64,000 nucleotides of DNA from Spongospora subterranea f. sp. subterranea (lineage: Eukaryota): the NCBI GenBank assembly GCA_049724395.1, contig JAUGWO010000102.1, positions 310,001-374,000 of the forward strand, written 5' to 3'. The translations under genes and the position numbers were made by a program. Shown in pieces: positions 55,914 through 64,000 of this stretch (positions are counted from its first letter, which is position 1; every line of letters begins with the position of its first letter). The notes under the pieces are model-generated. The model was not told the origin of the DNA, ran no database searches, and saw nothing but the letters and a program-made list of their open reading frames with translations.

Positions 55914-58156
55914 TTAGTCTTGATAGGTACAGCGGTTTTCAGCATCTGAGCAATCGTCCGAACGTTGACTGTGACGCCTGAAGGGTCCAGAGGAGCTTGT
56001 ATCCTTGGCCCAAACTGCCTCGCTGCCACAAGGAAACCGTTGTCAGGAGCGAGAGCATCGTCAACTTGACTAACACATGCTGACGTAAACGCTGAGATTG
56101 TGCTTCATATCTGGAGCAATACCGATGGCTTTGCATCGGTTGCCCCAAAACCTGCCATAATATTTAAGTCGATCGAGCGAATTACAAAGCACATTGAGCA
56201 CCTTTGGTCCATAAGCAATACGCCCGTGCATATGATGGGAATTGAGGCTCGCATCGCTTCCGAAGTTGCTCCTAGGCCGCCATGTATAACGACACAATCA
56301 GCACGTTCGAACAGCTTGTTGAACGGGGCACCTCGGGCTTGGAACACAATGTTTTTGGATATAAGCTCGTCAAGCTGAGCTTGAGACCTTGAGCACAGCG
56401 TTTGCATGATACTGTCGCCGAGAAGAGAAACAATTCTGGGCTTCCTTTGACATTGTTCAGCCAGTCGGATCACAATCTTAGTGATGTCTTCTCTCGGAAT
56501 TGGCCTGAAAGCAATAAGAATAAACATTAACACATAATCAACTGATTGACACAAACATTGATGAGAATCCGATGACAACCACAGGACAGGAGTCGGCTTT
56601 AGCTTTATCCAGAAACGAGACCAGGTTAGGCTCTAGTTCAACGACGTCGGACCTATTGTTGTCGGTATACATTAAGGTCGATCAAAACTGACTAGGAAAA
56701 CACTTACGTCAGGTATATGAAATCAGTAAGTACAACCGAGGAAGGCCAATCATTAGGACGGCCTCCAAACGCAACTTCGTTGATGGGAACCACAATTGGC
56801 GACGACTGCTCCAAAATGTGATTCCACGATTTACTTGTAGGCGCTAGGCCTCGTCTCCTTCTCAACGCTGTTAATGTAGGATAGTCTAGATACGATTTCA
56901 GGGTGCCAATGAACCCGTGGGAGAGGATTGTGTCCTCGATCATTAACGGAATAGCATTCTGGCTTAGACTCTCCAACGGAGGATATTGGGATGACGGTAT
57001 CACGGTAGGCTGTAGTATGAAACCGAGCATGGGAATATTGAGCTTCTCGGATAGTATCATCGCAATAGATGCCATTGTAAATCTGGATGCGAAAATAATG
57101 ATTGGGTAAAATACATGAAGCGATTGAGAACGTTTACCCGTATATGATAGCTGAAGGCTGTAGCAATTCTGCCCACCAGAAAACTATGGGCTCCGATGTG
57201 AAGAATTCGGCTTCTGTCCTAGCTAGGATCATGGTTTGAATCATTACTGATCTGGAATGTAAGGCCCAACGGAAAAAATCGCGAGAGACCTTTGCGCTTG
57301 TGTCACCTCCAGAGGGCCGGAAACGGATACCGCCTCGGGAAAGCTTTCTAAAACACAGAGATATATGAGCAAAGTCAAGAACGCGAATTAGTGGTGATCA
57401 CCTGGAGTGAGACATGATGAAGTCTTTATAGGCCAATTCCGTGCAAATCGTCACTAGCCAGTTGCGTTGTTCTGCTAATCCGATAGCCAAGGCGACGAAC
57501 GGTTGAACATCTCCACGAGTGCCTCTTGTGATGATCATCACATGTTTATCGAACCGGCTCACGTCGTTGTATGGCGATTCCATGGGGGCAGGCCAACCAA
57601 CGGGAGTGCGAATCACGTTGATGTGCAACTCGGTTGGGACGTTCAACGACTTCTTAACCATAAAATCCCCGTTATCGAGCTGGAGCAATAACGAACGGAA
57701 CGGGCGCTTGACTAGGTCGCCTAGTCGAATAGAAGTTCTGCCAACCCGATACCAGCTGGACATTACATCCCTAATGAACACATGCATTTAAGCGTGCTAA
57801 TGCCTATTGAGCGTCTAGTCTCACCAGCTGTAGATTTGAATGTCAATCTCATCGGATCGAGCCAATCCGGAAAGATTAGCGAAGGAATTGAAAACAAGAC
57901 TGTTGAATGGCTTTAGAATTTCGCCTTCATCCAGATACAATTGTTTGTCTCCGACGCTGATGCGTATCCAGAGTGTTCGGCCGAACAGATTGGCGAAGGC
58001 ATTTCCCGGCAAATGAATGACGCGGTTGATGCAGATTAGACAATTATCATCAGACCTGTCTTCCTCTTCTGTGAACTTATAGGACATTCGTCCAGCTGCA
58101 TGGATTTGGGCAGTAATATCGGCGCTGATCGATCGTTCTAGGACGTCGTGGTCCAT
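55914..58156 (-). CDS. Sterol 3-beta-glucosyltransferase-like (GT1, Glyco_transf_28 N-domain), multi-exon; 5' end may extend to ~58629
   Basis: IITRGTRGDVQPFVALAIGL, RPNDWPSSVVLTDF, PFNKLFERADCVVIHGGLGATSEAMRASIPII...DQRFWG. Confidence 0.85.
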
Positions 58157-59049
58157 GATTGGAATATATTAATAATGGTCTGACTTCCCGCAGAATCGAA
58201 CGATTGTGATTATCAGTTGAGTCACCCAGGGCTGCCGGAAGTCTGGTGACCAATAGATTTTTCAATCGGATTAATTGCAGTATGTGACGATTCCGTACAG
58301 CGGCGATCAAAGGCGCCACCCTGTGGGGTCGTGGGAGGATTGCGAGCCCCAACGAAACCGCCGATGTGATGAACCAGATTTGTCGGCGATTGGAAGTTAG
58401 CCGAGTATCTGTTATGGCTTAATCCGCACTGCCTTCACAACCAAAGAAGATGATTCGTGCAAAGGTAACGGTATCCCACTCTGTGTCCACGGATCGTTAA
58501 GTGATGGCGTAACCCATCCATATCTATTTTTGGATATTGGGTACAGTAATCGGGCAACTGCAACGGCAAATGCCAGGTGGCAACGTTACTCTGACTGTAG
58601 GCGGCGGCGGCGGCGAGTTTTAGCGCCATTACCTACTGAGATGCAATTGCAAAATGGAGCAGCTGACGGAATTCTCTGTCGACGTTGTAGCGCCCGAAAC
58701 ATTTATAAACGATCGAATAGATAGCCAGTCATATATATAAAACATCTGCTGGAAATCGCATTCGGACCCGTTTCAGACAAGCCGAATCAATAAATCAGAA
58801 AACATCGTAAATGCTCGATTTCCCAGAGACTGATTGATGTTTGAAAAAAATATAAGGCCATAGTTTATGACCGACGACATCTCCAATATAATCCCAAAGA
58901 ATAAACCACATCGTATCTGCATTGCATAGGTAAACCTCTGAAAATCATCGTCACCGTAAAAACATTATGAAACATCGGGAAACGACTCCCCCGCTGAGCC
59001 ATTCATTGGGATGTGTTGCAGAACTCATTCTTGTGGCCCCTGAGAATAA

Positions 59050-59722
59050 ATACCACTAACGCATGTAGATGATCGGTTGAAGTGATTGCAATGCTTTTTA
59101 TGGCAATTCCGTGGGGGCAGGGAGTGCAGATCGTGTTGATATGCATCTGGGTTGGGCCTGTGAACATCTTATTACCTACGAAATCCCGGTTATCGCGCTG
59201 GAACACATATTGAACTGAGCGGACGCTTGAGGTCGCCTAATCAAATCGGAATTCTGCCGACCCGATACCAGCTGGACATGCATCCCTAATTAAATCATGC
59301 ATTTGATGTACTGTGCCAATTGAACGTCCAGATTAACCAGCTATAGTGGTGAGAATTATTTGGTCTGATTGAGCCAATCCGGAAAGTTCGGAGAAAGAAT
59401 TGAGAGACAGACTGTTGAATGACTTTAGAATTTCGCTTCATCCATTCATAATTGTTTGTCACCGGCGCTGATGCGCTTCAATGTGTTCGGTCGAACAGAT
59501 TGACGAGGGCGTTTCCCGGCAATGAATGACGCGGTTGATGCAGATTCCACAGATATCATCCGACCTGTTTTCCTCTTCTGTGAGCTTACGTCCAGCTGCA
59601 TGGATTTTGGCAGTCAGATCGGCAATAATAGATCGTTCGGGGAAATTGTCGTTCAGTAAAAACCAATATTTGAATTCTCGCAGAAATCACCGATGGTGTT
59701 TGTCAGTTGAGTCATCCAGGGG
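59050..59722 (-). pseudogene. Decayed tandem partial duplicate of the glucosyltransferase 5' region (~57480-58230)
   Basis: Colinear similarity, for example gactgttgaatg.ctttagaatttcgc and atgaatgacgcggttgatgcagatt. It includes the intron and has indels and stops. Confidence 0.85.
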
Positions 59723-59879
59723 TGTGCAAGATTTTCAGTGGAATCAAGCACGCGGATGTTGTTTCTGAAGATAAGCAATGAACATGGTGGAGCGATTCAC
59801 AAGGAGGACCTTATTCTCAGACCACTCCGATGATGAGGTTTCGAAGCTCAAAATGGAGAATCACAGAAGACGTTCCGGG

Positions 59880-60090
59880 TGCGTATAGCCGTAAAGCGTA
59901 TCAGGCCAACATACACGGGAAAGAGTCAGAATTCTGGACGAATAGGACATCATGCAACTACAGAACTACAGCATGATGATCTTAAAAAGGCGAACGATTT
60001 TGAAATTGATTTTCAACCGTGCGTGACACAGTTGTGGCAACCGTTGGACTCGTTCATGATATCGCAAATCAAATGGGGCTAAATGGGCAA
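59880..60090 (+). mobile_element. pogo/DDE_1-type transposase fragment
   Basis: GHHATTELQHDDLKKANDFEIDFQPCVTQLWQPLDSFMISQIK resembles the H...P..T..LQPLD...K motif of pogo/Tigger DDE_1 domains. Confidence 0.6.
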
Positions 60091-60505
60091 TGCTCCACTG
60101 TTAGAAAGACGGGGCCGGTCATGGTCAAAACCAAACAATCACATATATGTGTTGTCGGTCCGACATAATCGTCACTTGCGATGTGAATGGGGATAAGAAA
60201 CGAGCGCAACTGATGCCGGAGCTTCAGGCAATTGTCGGAAAATATTAAGCATTTTTTTATGGTCTGAACTCAGTGAACTTTAACAATCCTATTGACCAAC
60301 CATAAAAAGTTTGGCGCTGTCGTGAACCATGTTTGAAGTTCAAAATCAAAAGCTATATCAGTTGGTTGACCCTGAATTGGGCAAACCGCATTCTGGTGAA
60401 CGATGAACCCCTTAATACATGCTACTGACCAACCAAACGCAAACATCGATGATTGATTAAATTGATTGTAATGAGTTTTATCAGTTATGGAAACCGATTA
60501 CGAAT

Positions 60506-61239
60506 CTATTTGTGTTTCTTTTTCTGGACCTTCTTGATGTAGAATTCGAGCTCTTTTCCTTCAAGGATATATCCATCACAGCGACCCGATTGTCCAGGGC
60601 GCGACGATACACAGGCGTACAGACGACCGCTCATGAAGTGCTCAGCAACCTTGGGGTCAATAACAGAGGCGGCCAGACGGGCCTTCTGCTTCTTGACAGC
60701 CGCCTCGCTGACGACGGCGGCGTCCTCAGCCGGCTTCTCGTTCTTCTTCAAGCCCAGATCGACACCGTAGTGCTGCGTGTACCATTGACGGAAAGGAGTG
60801 GCGTCGATAACGACAATGCATCCTGAACAAAAAATGCAAAAAAGGGATCAGAAATATTCCCGCTAACGTGCACGCCGTCGTTGGCACCTTTGACCAAGGT
60901 CTTGGTACGAACAAGCTCGTTCGACGTGGCGTTGTAAACGACATCGATAATACGAGAACGGCGGGTAACTACCTCCGATCCCCAGGAGAAGTTGCCGGTT
61001 TCCAATCGCAGAGCGCGGAATTTCAGATTGCCACCGCGACCACGAACCACTCGGATTCTGATCAGATATCACTCAGACCTCATGATTCTGTACAATTCCA
61101 TAAACGAGGGATACCTCTTCTCGCCAATCTTGGTGTTGGCCGCCGGTCGTCCGAGCTCATATTTGCGCTTCTTCTGGTGGATTTTACGGCGACCACCGGT
61201 GGCGCGTCGCTTATGGCGCGAGTCGCGAGAGATACCCAT
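60506..61239 (-). CDS. RPS8: 40S ribosomal protein S8 (two introns)
   Basis: [82 protein letters not shown]. Confidence 0.98.
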
Positions 61240-61447
61240 GGCCGACGATCAAGCAATAATGGACTGCGATATCGTCAGGATAGCGCAGAATCGAAGTCCG
61301 TGACGGCGTCCGCAATACTCATCATATAACGCCTCACCATATATTGATTCACTTAAATCAGATACGAACCTGAAATCGCCAAGGCATCATCGGTCATCAA
61401 ATCCTACGTAGCTGGGGGCAGAACCGAGTTTCTGAACGCCATGAAGT

Positions 61448-62303
61448 TTATTTAGAAAATTCGAAATCGGTCATCAATGGTACATGATCAGAGCCATATT
61501 TGTGAATGACCCGACGAAACAAATCGGGCCCTGGGATGTCATTCGTGAAATGCAGTTGATTCACGTTGAGTCCAGCAGAATGCAAAACGTAATCGAGTCT
61601 GAACGATTTGTGTTTTGGGGAGATCCAAGTCGCTGTGGGACACGATCGATATGCGTCATGAAGAGTTGACATTTGCGGGATCAGATTCGGTAATCTGTCC
61701 GGGGTGGCGTTGAAATCGCCACACCAGATGATACGACTGGTTCGCCGGCGACGGGTTTCGACGAGATCGGTGACCGCTTGCGCCTGCTGTCGACCAACTC
61801 TACCATATCCTTTCCAGCTCAGGTGAACGTGTGCGATGATCAGGTGATCATCGGTCGAATCCGCTCCTTGACATGTCATGATTTGCCCAGCACTGCCTTC
61901 GCCGCTCCAAACGTGGTTCGAGACGTGAACATCGCTTAGCATTGCCGACCGTTTCACCATCATGATCGTACCGTGATCGATTGGCGCAGTCGTTGGGCAA
62001 TTACCAGATAGCTCTGATATATGATATAGGTTGGCGAACATGGATCTCAGATGGCATAGCTCATTAGCCTGATAATCGCTGATAAGAACCGTTTTTACAA
62101 ACGTCAATCCTTCGGATCATCACCTGCACTTCCTGCAGACAGACGATGTCGGCGTCAGATGACTGAATTGTGCTATGAATACGGGCGCGTCGCAATTCGC
62201 CAGAAAGGAGCTCGGAACGATCTCGAATATTGGGGTAAAACGAGGGAGTGCACCAGACTTCTGCTAAAATATTATGTGTGAAAAGGCGGAATCGCCTGTT
62301 CAT
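61448..62303 (-). CDS. Endonuclease/exonuclease/phosphatase (CCR4/nocturnin-like) protein
   Basis: FTHNILA, ADIVCLQEV, HVHL, WCGDFNATP, LDYVLHS, GSDHVPL. One intron near 62067-62123. Start approximate. Confidence 0.9.
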
Positions 62304-62417
62304 TTCTTGGGGATTGGCATCAAAAGCAGTGGAATTGATCCAATCCAACTCCTTTCCGGACGGATATTTCTGCGCGCCCCGGGCGCCGCGTCACTTTCCC
62401 AAAAACTACAAACAAGA

Positions 62418-62966
62418 TCAGTAAACGGTATATCTTATCAGATTATAATATCCTACTGTAATATTTGTATTATTATGGAGTCTATTTTCTTCCTGGAAAT
62501 TCGGATCATCGACGTTGTCCGAACTGGCGAACCCGGACAGGTCGAACCTTGCGGGCTCGTAGTCGACGTTCTCCGAATCCTCGTCCGCTCTGCTGAAACA
62601 CAGGTCGTCGCGATCAACCAGAATGATGTGTGGAACTAAATCAAACTGCACATGGGCCGTCGTCGCCCGTTTTGGACCACCATCCGGTGTCTTTAGGCAG
62701 CCTGTATTCGGCAATCGCTGTAAAACGGGATCCGTCCTGTCTGGCAATGACTTCTTTCTAACTTGCAGAATCCTTGGAATGGGCAATGGAGTTTCTGGAG
62801 GATCTAATTGAATCTTTCCACTAAACCATCTCGTTAACCAGTTCGCTCGTGATTTTCGCTTCGCCGTTAATGCTTCTGACGTTCTCCTCGTCACCGATTT
62901 TGAAGTTTCAAAAGAATTTGGAGTATTCGCCTGCTCAATCGGTGACCCGAAACTGAGCCGTGGCAT
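62418..62966 (-). CDS. Hypothetical low-complexity protein
   Basis: 182 aa ATG-started ORF with no recognised domain. Confidence 0.5.
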   Translation of the reverse strand: MPRLSFGSPIEQANTPNSFETSKSVTRRTSEALTAKRKSRANWLTRWFSGKIQLDPPETPLPIPRILQVRKKSLPDRTDPVLQRLPNTGCLKTPDGGPKRATTAHVQFDLVPHIILVDRDDLCFSRADEDSENVDYEPARFDLSGFASSDNVDDPNFQEENRLHNNTNITVGYYNLIRYTVY

Positions 62967-63610
62967 AGCGACCTCGCTTCGCTAATCGGGCAAGCGGCCC
63001 GCCCTTCGGTATTGGCGGCGGCAATCCAGATCGGACGGCGGTGGAGCTAACGGCGCCAGTGTCCCGCCGTCCCCCTCACCGACCCCAGCTGCGCCGTGTT
63101 CCTAGGGCCGTTTCACCGATATGGCGATTCCAACCGAGGAATAATTTAGCGACGGCTGCCGTCAGGCCAAGTTGACTGGAAGGCACCTCCTACTAAATCC
63201 CCCCTTCTGTATTGTGTGTTCCCTTCTCTGTGTACCCAACTGGGGATCAATTCACTCCTGATGTTGTCGGGAGATTTTTTTAAGGGCATGCGACAATACA
63301 AGATTCAGGTGTCTTGGACAGGGAAGACAAAAAAGCGATTGTAGTTTGGAAAAATGCGACTTTGGTAGCAATGGGGGATCGAAGGAGGTCGCAAGGGCAA
63401 CCATCATATCCATTTGTGAAAAAAAAACACGGAATATTATCTGGACTACAACTTTTCTGAAAACATTGTAATTGCTTGCCGTGTAGTGATGGAGAAAAGT
63501 CAACTAATACTTATCACATTTGACATTATTTATGGTAGCGTTGAACAGATTGTTGATTTGCCTGGTACGTCAAGTAAGCAATGAAAATTCTTTGTGTTGA
63601 AGATGTTATT

Positions 63611-63998
63611 TCACTGTCTTTTATCCGGATCACGTGGCATCACCAAGCCTGTTTCAGGATCCGTTCCGAGTGGCCGGCGAAACAGAAGGATGTGAGGCTC
63701 CTGGAATGAGATTCACAATTAGCAACGGTTTCAAAGTTCTGTGCAAAAGAATTACAGGCCGATGAACTTCGTAGTGAACCCAGCCACGACTCTGCCGAAA
63801 CCCCGAGCTCGCGCCATTCCTCTTCGCTAAGAATACGAGCTGGCATGATTGCTTTGCCCATTTCTTTTGGCAGCGTTACGTGACTAGTTCCCGGTTCGAA
63901 TCAGATTCTGCAGTACAAGGATACGCGACGGAGGCTGACCGGTATTCATATTCGTCATCAGTATATTTATCGGAATATTCAAAATCGTTCGGCGGCAT
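63611..63998 (-). CDS. CKS1: Cyclin-dependent kinase regulatory subunit (two introns)
   Basis: YSDKYTDDEYEYR|HVTLPK...LSEEEWRELGV.QSRGWVHYEVHRP|EPHILLFRRP. One extra T near 63798. Confidence 0.96.
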
Positions 63999-64000
63999 CT

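Overview
Eukaryotic, gene-dense DNA with short (~45-65 nt) GT-AG introns and motile-cilium genes. This fits a zoosporic protist, possibly a plasmodiophorid, but the taxon is an inference. From 0 to 43.5 kb and from 55.9 to 64 kb the window holds host genes: CFAP47, a DUF229 membrane protein, UBA5, RPP30, ULK4, CTR9, a telobox-Myb (TRF-like) protein, a PCGF-like RING-RAWUL protein, TMEM19, a giant ASH/Ig-repeat protein, RLP24, a sterol glucosyltransferase, RPS8, an EEP phosphatase and CKS1. The giant ASH gene lies in a sharply GC-rich ~11 kb block. Between ~43.9 and 55.6 kb is an island of decayed mobile DNA: two Ty3/gypsy remnants, a ~1 kb zig-zag fold-back palindrome, a MULE fragment, a CryptonF-type tyrosine recombinase with a GCR1_C domain, and a possible Tc1 remnant. 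The most notable element of the island is a head-to-head pair of endogenous CRESS ssDNA virus Rep helicase fragments. Several conserved genes carry 1-5 nt frameshifts that are probably assembly errors. Exon boundaries and counts are from manual reading and are approximate.
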